64,000 nucleotides of DNA from an uncultured Acidimicrobiia bacterium (lineage in GTDB: Bacteria > Acidobacteriota > Terriglobia > Versatilivoradales > Versatilivoraceae): contig CAWBAT010000006.1 of NCBI GenBank assembly GCA_963786955.1, positions 448,001 to 512,000 on the forward strand, in the 5' to 3' direction. Positions 45,396 to 56,445 of the stretch are shown here, one piece after another. Each line of letters opens with the position of its first letter. The first letter of the stretch is position 1. The translations under genes were made by a program, and so were the position numbers. Under the pieces are notes generated by a model. It did no database searches. It saw only the letters and a program-made list of their open reading frames with translations, and was not told the DNA's origin.

Positions 45396-46417
45396 CTCGG
45401 TACCTCAACGTTTGTCCCATCATTGCGAATCGATTCTTGGATGGCATTAATAACCTTGACAACCTCTAAGCCGTTTTGACCGTCAGTCAAAGGCTTCGCC
45501 CCCTGCTGAATGCAATCAATAAAGTGATTGCATTGATTTTGTAAAGGCTCGCTCATTTCCACCTTCGGACTAATGATATCGCCATCCCGCATTGATAACA
45601 CAAATTGCCCAAAACTTTCGGTGTCCGTGCCGGAACAGACGACCGCTTTCTCATAAACACGAACCTTTTCCAGAATTTCAATGTCGTCAAAAACTACTCG
45701 CTTCTGGCTGCCTACAATCACCACCTCTCGAACACGATTTGGATCTGCCCAACTGACGTGGACGTTAGCAATCACCCCATTCGGGTAAGTCAAAGTGATA
45801 AAGGCTACGTCTTCCCGGCAGTTTCTCAGGACCTTTGCCGCTTTTGCGCTAACGTGATGCGGTTGTTCATTCAGAAGATAGGAGAAGATTGAAATATCAT
45901 GGGTAGCCAAATCCCAGACGACATTCACGTCATTTCGGATCGGTCCCAAACTCGTTCTGGTGGCATACAAATAGTAGATATCACCGATGCCATTTCCGCC
46001 ATTTCTGAGATATTGCTTGAGCTTGCGAATCCCCGAATTATAAAGGAAAACGTGTCCCACCATCAGCGTTAGCTGGTTTCTTTCTGCTAACTCAATTAAT
46101 TCTTGGCCTTCGTGATTTTCCAGTACAAACGGCTTTTCGACCAATACGTGTTTGCGAGCCAATAAGGCGGCTCTTGTCACGCCGTAATGCAACGTTGCCT
46201 GCGTCGCCACGACAATGGCATCTACGTTTCCGTGTGCCAGGAGTTCCTTGTGGTTCGTAAATAGTTCGACTTGCGGGTAGCGTTGACGGATGATTTTTAA
46301 GCGAGTTTCATCCTGATCACAGACTGCCACAATCTGAGATTCGAGAAGCTCGTCAAATACTCGGACATATTTTTGCCCCCACATACCACAGCCGACAACT
46401 CCTATTCGTAAAGTCAT
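45392..46417 (-). CDS. Gfo/Idh/MocA family oxidoreductase
   Basis: GVVGCGMWG, HVLVEKP, MVGH and DLATHD. Confidence 0.92.
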   Translation of the reverse strand: MTLRIGVVGCGMWGQKYVRVFDELLESQIVAVCDQDETRLKIIRQRYPQVELFTNHKELLAHGNVDAIVVATQATLHYGVTRAALLARKHVLVEKPFVLENHEGQELIELAERNQLTLMVGHVFLYNSGIRKLKQYLRNGGNGIGDIYYLYATRTSLGPIRNDVNVVWDLATHDISIFSYLLNEQPHHVSAKAAKVLRNCREDVAFITLTYPNGVIANVHVSWADPNRVREVVIVGSQKRVVFDDIEILEKVRVYEKAVVCSGTDTESFGQFVLSMRDGDIISPKVEMSEPLQNQCNHFIDCIQQGAKPLTDGQNGLEVVKVINAIQESIRNDGTNVEVPR

Positions 46418-46430
46418 CGTTGGTCCTTTT

Positions 46431-47675
46431 TTAGTTATTTAAACGACAAAAATCCTCGATAACCTCGCAGACGTGCACCACCTGTTCGTGGGTCAATTCA
46501 GGAAACATCGGCAAGGAAAGGATTTCATTTGCATATTTTTCAGCTATTGGGAAATCCCCCTTGTTGTAGCCTAAGTCTTTGTACGCTTCCTGAAGATGGA
46601 CTGGGATCGGATAATGAATGCCGGCAGAAATTCCGTTTTCCCGCAATTTGTTTAAAAGGGCGTCTCGATCTTTCACCCGAATGACATAAAGATGATAATT
46701 GTGTTTGACACCATCTATTTCACGAGGCGTGATCACATCGAGATCTTTGAGGTATGTGGTGTATTCACGGGCATGTTCTCTTCTGGCAGAGTTCCACTCG
46801 CCCAGTTTTCGCAATTTCACCCTCAAAATGGCGGCCTGTATTGAATCCAGCCGGCTATTGAAACCCTCGATGATATGTTGGTACTTAACTTTTTGTCCGT
46901 AATTCCTCAGCATTCTTACCTTTTCAGCAATTTCCGGGTTTTGAGTCACAACCATGCCCGCATCACCATAGGCCCCTAGATTCTTGCCCGGATAAAAACT
47001 GAAGCATCCAGCGTCCCCCCATGAACCACATGGTCTGCCTTTGTATTCCGCACCATGTGCCTGACAGGCATCCTCGATTACTTTCAATTGATGCCTTTGA
47101 GCAAGGTCAGCTATTTTTTCTAGGTCGGCAGACTGACCATAAATGTGGACGGGTACGATAGCTTTGGTTCTATTGGTCAATGCACTCTCTATTTTGTTTA
47201 CATCAATGTTGTAGCTTACTGGATCGATGTCGACCAAAACCGGTTTCGCACCCACACTTGAGATCGCCAAAACGGTCGCGATAAAAGTATTTGTTACGGT
47301 GATCACTTCGTCCCCCGGCCCGATATGACAAGCCTTAAGTGCCAGCCGAAGGGCATCTAGACCACATCCGATTCCGACAGCAAAATTTGACTTACAAAAG
47401 GAAGCAAATTCTCTTTCAAACAATTCGACTTCCTCCCCCAGGATGAAGTCTGTGTTTCCCATGACCCTGTCGAGGCCACGGTGCAATTCCTTTGAAAGAA
47501 TCTGATGTTGAATTTTGAGGTCAACGAAAGGCACCTCCAAATTCTTACTCTTTATTTTCGCAGGCCACGCCAATCCATGAGATTTCGGTGTAGATCCACG
47601 CTCAAAACCAATCGGTTTTGATATTCTTAGGGCAATTTTTTTTGGAGCTTTTGAATAATTGGTAGAGTTTTTCAT
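46431..47675 (-). CDS. DegT/DnrJ/EryC1/StrS aminotransferase
   Basis: [37 protein letters not shown] and NSRLD. The true start may be downstream. Confidence 0.95.
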   Translation of the reverse strand: MKNSTNYSKAPKKIALRISKPIGFERGSTPKSHGLAWPAKIKSKNLEVPFVDLKIQHQILSKELHRGLDRVMGNTDFILGEEVELFEREFASFCKSNFAVGIGCGLDALRLALKACHIGPGDEVITVTNTFIATVLAISSVGAKPVLVDIDPVSYNIDVNKIESALTNRTKAIVPVHIYGQSADLEKIADLAQRHQLKVIEDACQAHGAEYKGRPCGSWGDAGCFSFYPGKNLGAYGDAGMVVTQNPEIAEKVRMLRNYGQKVKYQHIIEGFNSRLDSIQAAILRVKLRKLGEWNSARREHAREYTTYLKDLDVITPREIDGVKHNYHLYVIRVKDRDALLNKLRENGISAGIHYPIPVHLQEAYKDLGYNKGDFPIAEKYANEILSLPMFPELTHEQVVHVCEVIEDFCRLNN

Positions 47676-48229
47676 TTATTTAACATTAAACCCAATTGCT
47701 TTCATGATGGTAGAGAAACACCGACGATTCAGGTTTCGCCCGAGCCAGCCCCTTACTTGGGCCTATTCATAAAAACGAAATTCAATAGACCAACACAGCA
47801 TTTTCGTTGCCAGCAAAGATTGAGTCGATTGGTGAGTCTTTGGAAGGCTTTTCTCAACTATTAGAGGCCGATGCGAAATCTTTCATTAAGTAATCCTGGC
47901 GATGGAGAGACTCATTTTCTGCTTTATAGCATTCATTTTCCCTTTTTGGGGAATCACTGTCTTGGCTTCAAGCCATTTAGAACAGTATGTATGAACAGAG
48001 GGATCTAACGGGGGGCACCGAACGGAGCCGATGATTCTTTGGTTAGGGTGGAGGGACGAGCTCTTGCGAAACCGCAAGCTAGGACAGACCGGGGGCCTGC
48101 CGATATCAAGAGACTGAATAAATCAGGCGTCGCAGAGCTCCGCCCTCCCGCTCGAATTCTCAAATGGAGGGCAGAGCGTGATTTTAAGAAAAGATCAAAC
48201 CTTAATTGAAGATATTGACTGAGTTTTTT

Positions 48230-50059
48230 TTAGCCTCTGAAATACAGGTAGGCTCCAAGAATGCAAGCCAGAATGAAGCCTGAAGCGGTCACTTCGCGCC
48301 AATCCCAACCAGAACGGGTTCGAAGCTTGTCTTCCTTGGTGGTTGTTTCAAAGGTAAGGCTTTGAATTTTCGCGTAGTCCGGCTCTGAAGTCGCATAGCT
48401 GACAACAACCATGACAATTGCCGAAACTATCGTGATCAACACACTGAAGTACTGAAAATAAATGTTGTTGACCATCCAGAGGATCCCACCGGCGGGGTAT
48501 CCGTCCTGAAATCCCTGCAAACCCAATGTGACCGGAGTGTCAACCAGCATCCGGAAGATGCCCAAGACAAATCCAACGATCATGGACCAGAGCGCACCTT
48601 GGGCGTTCATGCGCTTGAAAAAGACTCCGAGGAAAAAGACGACGAAGATTGGTGGAGCCAGGTAACCTTGAATGGCCTGGAGGTAATTATAGAGTCCGTG
48701 GGCGTTCTTGATGACGGGTATCCAGGCCAACGCAATGAACACCATGATCGCCGTCGCAATGCGGCCAGTGCGCACCAATTGATGCTGCGAAGCGTTCGGC
48801 TTCCACTTCTCATAAAGATCTACCGTGAACAGTGTGGAGCAAGCGTTGAAGACGCCAGCCAGTGACCCCATCAACGCGGAAAGGAGGCCGGCAACCACAA
48901 TCCCTCTGAGCCCAGGAGGCAGGAGAAATTGCACCATCATGGGAAACGATCCTTGGGCAACCGCTGGAATTGCCTGTCCATCAGGCCCGAGCATACTGGC
49001 CAGCTCAGGAATTTTTCCGCTCTTAGCCAAGGCATAGCAGACGAGACCTGGGATAATGAAAAGGTAGACGGGAAAAAGTTTGAGGAATGCCGCGAAGATG
49101 CTGCCTCGGCGAGCGATGGTCTCGTTGGGTGCTCCCAGCGCACGCTGGACGATATACTGATCCGTACACCAGTACCACAATCCGATAATCGGCGCGCAAA
49201 AGAGCATCCCTAACCAAGGAAAATTGCCATTAAAATACCAGGCTTGTTTTACAATCTGTCCGGCGACATTCTTTTCAATGACCGGGGCCCACGTGCCCTC
49301 TACTCCCGCCGGGATTAGCGGTTTCCAGAGATTGAACATATCAGAGCCACACCAATGCCGGAGTTCGCTCCACCCTCCCAGTTTGTTCAAACCGTAAAAT
49401 GTTAAAAGCCCCGAACCCAGGATCAAAATTAAGACTTGAACCGCATCGTTATAAGCGACCGCACGCATGCCTCCGACTATGGTATACAGACCCGTCAAGC
49501 CAATGACCAACACAGAGCCAATCCAGAAGCTGTCAATCACCAGGCTCCCGATGCGTATTTGCATTTCGGGTAGAAGAGTGCTGAAGACAACTCCACCGGC
49601 GAAGATCCCCACCGCAATTTTCGAAACCACGAACGTAATCAGAGAGACGATCGAAAGCACATATCGGGAATTTGTGCTGAAACGCCGCTCCAGAAATTCC
49701 GGCATCGTAAACACCATCGAACGCATGTAAAATGGCACAAATACCCAGGCAAGGACTAACAAACACCAGGCGTGCAATTCATAGTGAGCCATGGCCACGC
49801 CGCTAGTGGCCCCTGCGCCCGCCAGTCCCACCACATGCTCTGACCCGATGTTTGAGGCAAAGATGGAGGCGCCAATGACCCACCAGCCGAGATTCCGACC
49901 AGCCAGGAAGTAATCAGTGGCTGAATCCTTTCCCTGCCGGACCACCCACCAGGCCACACAGAGCAGAATGCTGAAGTAAATAGCGATCACGAGCCAATCG
50001 ATTCCAGTGATATGGGAGTGAACTGAAGCTGTAAGGAGCCAAAGAGGAGCATGGATCAT
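48230..50059 (-). CDS. Sodium:solute symporter (SGLT-like)
   Basis: DYFLAGR, SIFASNIGSEH, TMPEFLERRF and WYWCTDQYIVQR. Confidence 0.95.
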   Translation of the reverse strand: MIHAPLWLLTASVHSHITGIDWLVIAIYFSILLCVAWWVVRQGKDSATDYFLAGRNLGWWVIGASIFASNIGSEHVVGLAGAGATSGVAMAHYELHAWCLLVLAWVFVPFYMRSMVFTMPEFLERRFSTNSRYVLSIVSLITFVVSKIAVGIFAGGVVFSTLLPEMQIRIGSLVIDSFWIGSVLVIGLTGLYTIVGGMRAVAYNDAVQVLILILGSGLLTFYGLNKLGGWSELRHWCGSDMFNLWKPLIPAGVEGTWAPVIEKNVAGQIVKQAWYFNGNFPWLGMLFCAPIIGLWYWCTDQYIVQRALGAPNETIARRGSIFAAFLKLFPVYLFIIPGLVCYALAKSGKIPELASMLGPDGQAIPAVAQGSFPMMVQFLLPPGLRGIVVAGLLSALMGSLAGVFNACSTLFTVDLYEKWKPNASQHQLVRTGRIATAIMVFIALAWIPVIKNAHGLYNYLQAIQGYLAPPIFVVFFLGVFFKRMNAQGALWSMIVGFVLGIFRMLVDTPVTLGLQGFQDGYPAGGILWMVNNIYFQYFSVLITIVSAIVMVVVSYATSEPDYAKIQSLTFETTTKEDKLRTRSGWDWREVTASGFILACILGAYLYFRG

Positions 50060-50400
50060 AGTGATGTCCTTATGCAGAAGATGAGCTGCTTAAAAAACTG
50101 AACTGGAGATTCAGGATTCAATGCTTAAAGGCAAGCTTGAGACATGAATTCTAAAAACTCAGAAGATCCCGGCTGCCCCCAGCGGAGCCAGCTACAAAAC
50201 AGACTTTTGCAACTTGGTACTAGGGAATCCTAAAACACGTTGGTACGAACGTCAACGGAATCGCTCGAATTCGTTGCCTAGGAGTTGACGGTAGGTCGAA
50301 AAGATTCTCCCTTTGAAGGGGGGAAGGATGTCTCTGTCGCAGCTAGCACGGTGTTCATAGAGCACCGCGCTAAAAGGTCGGCCAACCGCGGTCATTCCAC

Positions 50401-50700
50401 TTTGGAGTGCGGGAGCTTGCTCCCGCTTTTGGTACGCTAGTTAACTGTCGTCCCGCTTTCAGTTCCAAGTCTGTCACTAGCGGCAGCTTGCTGCCGCCTT
50501 GCGTACCTGCCATCGCGACCTGGCCGCGCTCACTGCAGCGCCAGCTTTAGAAAACCTGGGGTTTACCTCAGAAAACTGATCTGATTCCATTATGTCGCTA
50601 GCAACCTGGCGAGCCTGGACTGCGGAAGCAAGCTTCGGCAGTCCAAATTTCAAAGCGGGAGCAAGCTCCCGCACTCCAAATTGCCTACTCTTTTTCCCAA
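50401..50700. repeat. REPIN-like unit 1 (inverted REP pair ggagtgcgggagcttgctcccgc)
   Basis: REP at about 50403-50429 and inverted at about 50652-50680; the spacer is homologous to that of unit 2. Confidence 0.85.
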
Positions 50701-51237
50701 ACCACCTCGAAGTCGTCATGAATCGAAATGCTGTCCGTCTTAAATCCACTGACTGTCTTGACAAAGGCTCGACTCGCGGTTCGCTCAAACCACGCCGCCG
50801 AACACCAGGGATAGCACGAGGAGACCGGCACCACCCTGTGCCGACATGGATTCTGATGTACGTAGTTCAACCGGGCGTAGTAGGAACGTTCATATGTCAA
50901 ATGAGTATCCCAATACTGATGCCAGACCCGCTGCCCGTGGCTGCCGTTCACTCGGTTGGCTTCCCTGGCGGTGATGGAGTGGAGCCGCCGGAGGAGATCA
51001 GGAAGATTGTTCGGATCAAACGGTGAGAGCGCAACGAAGTGATAGTGATTGCTGAAGACCGACCAAGCTTGCAACCGCCAGCCAAATCGGTCCGCTTCTA
51101 CCAACAGGGTAGACTGAAGAAAGTCTAGCAAGATCGGCTTCCTGAAATGGTGGGCCTTCAAGTAAGTTCCTGCCGTAACGATGAAGGCTCCAGGCTCGCT
51201 AAGCTTGTGTACCGGAGGGGTGTGGCCACTGAATCAT
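50685..51237 (-). mobile_element. REP-associated tyrosine transposase (RAYT, Y1/HUH), N-terminal indel
   Basis: FIVTAGT, AWSVFSNHYH (HUH), WHQYWD and YVHQNP; flanked on both sides by REP pairs. Confidence 0.9.
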
Positions 51238-51246
51238 ATTCTTTAT

Positions 51247-51480
51247 GGAGTGCGGCTGCTTGCTCCCGCTTTCACCTTCCACCTCTGCCATCAGTGGCAG
51301 CTCGCTGCCGCGGGAACCTGCCATTTCGACCTGGCTGCGCTCACTGCAGCGCCAGCTCTAGAAGACCTGGAGTTAACCGCAGAAAACTGATCTGTTTCCA
51401 TTATGTCGCCAGCAAGCTGGCGTGTTCAAAAAGCGGGAGCAAGCTCCCGCACTCCAAATTGCCTGCTGTTTTTCCAAAAT
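51247..51480. repeat. REPIN-like unit 2, direct repeat of unit 1
   Basis: REP at about 51247-51273 and inverted at about 51428-51458; shared spacer gcgctcactgcagcgccagct..agaaaactgatctg.ttccattatgtcgc.agcaa. Confidence 0.85.
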
Positions 51481-51646
51481 CGCCCCGAAATAGCCAGATT
51501 CTGTCGTAAGGCTATGGGTTGGCTCCTGATTAGAAAAGTGGGACGCAAAATGGTGGCAGGGTCCATCGAGACCTGTCAAGAATTTTGTGTGAATGGCTGG
51601 GTGGCAAGCGCGCGTGGGACCTCGCAGTGAACATAGCGAAGCTTTG

Positions 51647-51686
51647 GTAGCCACGGCTCGTCCGCCGTACGGCGGACGAGCCGTGG
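51647..51686. repeat. GTAG followed by a perfect 36-bp palindrome
   Basis: gtag-ccacggctcgtccgccgtacggcggacgagccgtgg. Confidence 0.8.
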
Positions 51687-51970
51687 TCATAGGGATTTGA
51701 GCATTCTTTTGCGGACAATCGGAGCCACCGGCCCCGGCTACAAAATCTGGCCCACACAAACGGCCAAGCTCTTGCGGCGGTCTCGGCGAGGCCGCCCTAC
51801 CAACTTATGGACCCAACAACAGATAAGAGGCTCCCCTTTAACCATCGTTATAAGGTATTATGGGTGGGGCAATCTTTGGGTAGAGACTCGAAAACGGCAG
51901 TGTTTTTTGGACTCCTCACTATTCCGGGCGCCGAGAACAAGAGCTTAAATGACTTTTTCAGGAGATATTC

Positions 51971-53335
51971 ATGGAAAGTGTGTTGAGCTATATCGAAGCC
52001 AATAAAGACCGTTTCCTTGAAGAGTTAAAAGAATACTTGAGAATTCCGAGCATCAGCAACAACCCTGAAAACAGGCAAGATATGTTGCGTTGTGCGCATT
52101 ACTTGATAAATCAGCTCAAGCGGATCGGCATGCAACAAACTCAACTCTTCCCGACTCCAGGTCACCCGATTGTCTATGGCGAATGGCTGGGAGCCCCAGG
52201 CCAGCCGACAGTTCTTTTCTACGGGCATTATGACGTTCAACCTGTCGATCCTCTCGAGCTCTGGGTTTCACCTCCTTTGAACCCACCATTCGAAATGGTG
52301 AGCTTTATGCCCGAGGAGCTGTAGACGACAAGGGCCAGGTTCAAATGAACCTTAAGGGGGTAGAAGCCCACTTAAAGGCTACAGGCAGTCTTCCCGTCAA
52401 CGTGAAGTTTTTGATCGAAGGAGAGGAAGAGGTGGGCAGCGCCAATCTCGACAGCTTCATCGCCGCTCACCCGGAATTGCTCAAGGCTGATGTGGTCTTA
52501 ATCTCTGATTCTCCCATGTTTGATCGAGGGATTCCTTCCATTTGCTACGGTTTGCGAGGCTTGGTTTATATGCAGATTGATCTTAAAGGTCCGCGAGCGA
52601 TCTTCATTCCGGCTCTTTTGGCGGAGCGGTCATTAATCCTAATTTTGCGCTCTGCACAAATCATCTACCCAGCTTAAAAGAGGCACTGGAAGAGTACAAA
52701 TCCCTGGTTTTTACGACGATGTTCTTCCTTTAAGCGACGAGGAGAAAGGAGGAAGTCCGGCGATTGCCTTTCGATGAGGAGAAATACAGTGGAAGATCTG
52801 GCGCCCCAGCTCTATTTGGAGAGGAAGGTTATGGAGTCCTGGAACGACTGTGGGCGCGCCCAACTTTGGAGGTGAATGGTATTTGCGGGGGCTTCATCGG
52901 CGAAGGCGCTAAAACAGTCATTCCGGCTAAAGCCATGGCTAAAATCAGTATGAGATTGGCGCCTAATCAAGACCCAGACAAAATCGCGCAACTTTTCGAG
53001 GATTACGTTAAGAAGATCGCCCCACCGTCTGTAGAACTGACGGTCACCCGGATGCACGGCGGCAAGCCCTGGGTTGCCCCCATCCATCACCCGGCCATCC
53101 AGGCAGCGGCACGTGCACTAGAGAATGGATTCGGAAGCGCCCGGTTTACGTTCGTGAAGGCGGATCCATCCCGGTCGTCGCCACATTTCAGGAGCTGCTT
53201 GGTTTGCCCAGCGTCCTGATGGGTATCGGACTGCCGGATGAAAACTCGCATGCGCCAAACGAAAGGTTGGACCTATTTAACTTCCACCACGGCGTCATCA
53301 GCTCTGCATGGTTCTTTAATGAGATGAAGAAGTAA
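51971..53335 (+). CDS. M20 family dipeptidase (several indels)
   Basis: YGHYDVQP, ARGAVDDKGQ, IEGEEEVGS, PTLEVNG and HAPNE. Confidence 0.9.
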
Positions 53336-53385
53336 GCGGTTGGCGCACTTCAATTCCAAAGGTCGCCTTTCACTCCTTCCGTTCC

Positions 53386-56037
53386 TCACTTCGCAACCGC
53401 CCGCAGACGTTCCAGGATCTCTGTCATTTGAAAACTGCTGGTAATCTTCTCTCCTTCTTTCGTCTGCACATAAAAAACGTCAAAGGCATATCCTTTTTCT
53501 GTTGCCAATTTGGCTGAGAGAATATTGAGGCCCAGGTTGGCAATGGCGGAGGCCAGTCGGAAACCGAGTCCCAGCTTGTCCCCGGCCTGCACTTCAATCA
53601 CGGTGCATTGTGACGCGATCTCATTATCAATACGGACCCGGGGCGCGATCGGCGGTTTAGAGGAATTTCCCGGATCTGTTTGCAGATGTGCTCCCAATAC
53701 TTCATCCAGGCTTTTCATTCCGGTGATGATATCGAGGAGAAGACGATCCACCCGATTCCAAACCTCGGAATCGAGAATGGCATTGCCGGTGGTGTCCCCC
53801 ACTTGGAACGTATCGATCACGATTTCATCATCTCGCGTATTCAACTGGGCACTCAAAATACAGATCCCGAGAGCTGTCAGAGTGCCCGCGATTTGGGCAA
53901 ATCGACCGGGAAGGTCGAGAGTCGAGACAACCAATTCCGTGTACCCTGACTGCGGATGAGGGGTCCACAGGGTCACAACGGGTTTATCATGCAGGCGTTC
54001 ACAGAGCCGAATGTGAGACAAGATCTGTTGAAGAGGAGTATAAAGGGCATACTTTTCCGGAAGTAGGGTGAAATGCCGCAGCACTGTCTCGACATCGAAC
54101 TCGCCAGAAAGCTGCTCCAGGACCTTTTGCTGAACGGCAGTGACTTCGGCATGCTCGGGTTCGCTAATCTCGTCGCCAAACATCAGACGGTCATACACTC
54201 TGAAGTAGAGAGACCAAAGTAAGAAGTCCTTTCGGTCATTCCATTCTTCTTCTCCCCAAGAGATCGAGTCCGCATAAGTAAAAAGGAGCAGCATATTCAA
54301 GTTGTCCGCCGCCTCAAGTTTCTCGGAAACCTCCTGCAGGATGAAAGGATCGTCAAGATCCCGTCGTTGAGACACACGGGTTAACAAATGTTGCTCTCGA
54401 ATGAGCAGTAATACCTTTTCAACGCTTTCAGAATCGAGATTGATTCGCCGGAGCGCCTTGGCGGCATAATGTTCATGATTGGGATGATCCTGAACTGTGA
54501 CACTCTTTCCCGTTTCGTGCAGCAATAACGCCAGGTAAATGAGTGAAGGATCTGCAACTTCGTCCAGCACTCTCTGGTAATCATGAAGGCCTGGACTCTT
54601 GGTGTTGACGATCGTATCCAAAGTCTCAATCGCATTTAAAGTGTGCTCGTCGACAGTCACGACTCGATAGGGTTCCAATTCTGGCAGGCAGTCTAACCGC
54701 CCAAACTCAGGCAGATAGTTTTTCAGAAAGCCAAGTCCATGCATCCGCCGAAGCGCGATCGCCACTTTCCCTTTGTTCTTCATGAGCTGCCGGAATTCCG
54801 AATGAACGGCTGGCCCATCATAAGAATGAATATCCCAATGGGCTTGGTCTGACAAGAGACTGTCTTCGACCACCCGATCGAAAAGCGCCGGTTCGGCCTG
54901 ACTATAACGGAAGCGTTTCATCCATTTTTCAGGTCCCTCAGGATTACTTTGGGTTACTCCGTTCTCGCTCCATCGACTCCTTTCCGCAACGGGAAACGAG
55001 CTGAACTTCAGGTAGCGCAGTTTGCTTTCTTCCGAGCCGGCACCGTAGCTGAGGCGAGCCTGTTCGAGAAAGCGGGACACCACCTGGCTGATCTTACGGC
55101 GCTGAATGACGACCTCGTGCAAGAACTGAGCGCAGGAAACGTGCACAGAAGAATGGTTGTATCCCATGAACCGGGCATATCCTTCCAAGCTGTCCGTGGA
55201 AAGGACATCCCGATCGAATTTCGACGAAAAATGAAGAGCGTTTCGAACCCGCAGCAGAAACTCCCGTCCCCGCTGAATGAAAGTCCAGTCACGCGGACTT
55301 AGATGACGATCTTCGAGAAGTTTTTCAGGGCTTTCCGCTCCAGTCAGAATTCTCAAACACCCTAAAAAAGTCTGTCCATCCAGAATTCCGCCTGTCCCCC
55401 AGGTCAGGTCCGAATCGATTCTATAAATATCTTTTCCATGACCTGCATGCATTTCTTTCAAATAATCAGTGATCTGAAAGACGAAAGAGAGCGGGTTTTT
55501 AAGAACGTTTGCGCGAAAGCGCTGCATCAAGTCTTTAAACTGGGTGGGATCTCCACCGATATGGCGAGCCGACAGCAATTTTACTCCGAAAGAATAGCTA
55601 TTGAGAGCCCGGTGGAGACATTCCTTCGGGTTTGCCACCGTGACTTGAGGGTGAATCCCGGAGGCCTGCAGCATCAGTCGAAGCTCTTCGATCGCCTCCT
55701 CTGGAATAGGCTGTTGATTCGACCTCAGCAGGATCAACAAATCGACCGGAGAGCGCGGCGACAAATCCAGACAGCCGTATTCTCCGATCGCGATCCAGGC
55801 GCCAGGGAATTGTGCCCCGGATGCGACTCCCGCAGACAAAGGCGCCGCCTGCAGTGTCTGATGGACAGACTGAAGGATCTGATCCAAAAGGATGCCTCGG
55901 CTCGTTGCAATGACAAACCCCCCTTCCCCGTTCAAGTGGCGGGACCGAAGTCTGTTCATTTCCGCTCGGTGCGTGCGTTGACAATAGCGCAGCAGAGAGC
56001 CATCCTCAAGGCGGAGGGGATCAGTGTTGTTCATCAT
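53386..56037 (-). CDS. glnD: GlnD-like protein (NTase-HD-ACT-ACT) with degenerate active-site motifs
   Basis: 883 aa with GlnD architecture: TVDEH, SQRRDLDDP, LFTYAD, DLPGRFAQIAG and RIDNEIASQCTVIEVQAGDKLGL. Confidence 0.8.
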   Translation of the reverse strand: MMNNTDPLRLEDGSLLRYCQRTHRAEMNRLRSRHLNGEGGFVIATSRGILLDQILQSVHQTLQAAPLSAGVASGAQFPGAWIAIGEYGCLDLSPRSPVDLLILLRSNQQPIPEEAIEELRLMLQASGIHPQVTVANPKECLHRALNSYSFGVKLLSARHIGGDPTQFKDLMQRFRANVLKNPLSFVFQITDYLKEMHAGHGKDIYRIDSDLTWGTGGILDGQTFLGCLRILTGAESPEKLLEDRHLSPRDWTFIQRGREFLLRVRNALHFSSKFDRDVLSTDSLEGYARFMGYNHSSVHVSCAQFLHEVVIQRRKISQVVSRFLEQARLSYGAGSEESKLRYLKFSSFPVAERSRWSENGVTQSNPEGPEKWMKRFRYSQAEPALFDRVVEDSLLSDQAHWDIHSYDGPAVHSEFRQLMKNKGKVAIALRRMHGLGFLKNYLPEFGRLDCLPELEPYRVVTVDEHTLNAIETLDTIVNTKSPGLHDYQRVLDEVADPSLIYLALLLHETGKSVTVQDHPNHEHYAAKALRRINLDSESVEKVLLLIREQHLLTRVSQRRDLDDPFILQEVSEKLEAADNLNMLLLFTYADSISWGEEEWNDRKDFLLWSLYFRVYDRLMFGDEISEPEHAEVTAVQQKVLEQLSGEFDVETVLRHFTLLPEKYALYTPLQQILSHIRLCERLHDKPVVTLWTPHPQSGYTELVVSTLDLPGRFAQIAGTLTALGICILSAQLNTRDDEIVIDTFQVGDTTGNAILDSEVWNRVDRLLLDIITGMKSLDEVLGAHLQTDPGNSSKPPIAPRVRIDNEIASQCTVIEVQAGDKLGLGFRLASAIANLGLNILSAKLATEKGYAFDVFYVQTKEGEKITSSFQMTEILERLRAVAK

Positions 56038-56445
56038 GAATAGAAAACCGCCGTCTCAACTAACTCAAATTGCAGGAACCCGTAACGCATGCGATCATAG
56101 CATGGCAGATGGTAATTCTGATTCATACTCTTCGTGTCTGTTTGAATGGAATGATTCTTTTATTTTTCTACTAACCAAGAAAGAAGTTTGTTCGAAACGA
56201 GGGCTCTGTCGATTTATCGTCCGAATTTGAATATAATTGAAGTAAATTGGCAATAAGACTCATCGCAACAAGATTTTTGCACAGCCTCTCATGAGTATTC
56301 TGGGAGTAGGAGCTCTCATTCCTCTCTATGCAGTGTACCGTATTCCGCCCCTTTGGCTCACGCTCACTGGGGTTGAAGTTCTCTTTCTCCTTTCTTGGAT
56401 AGGGCACTGAGACTCCCACCCCTGATTTTCTTGGAGGAAAACAAA

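Noticed and set aside
50095-50165. Weak 7-nt periodicity (gattcag gattcaa) upstream of the symporter
   Set aside because: Only two clear units and no inverted partner; indistinguishable from chance.
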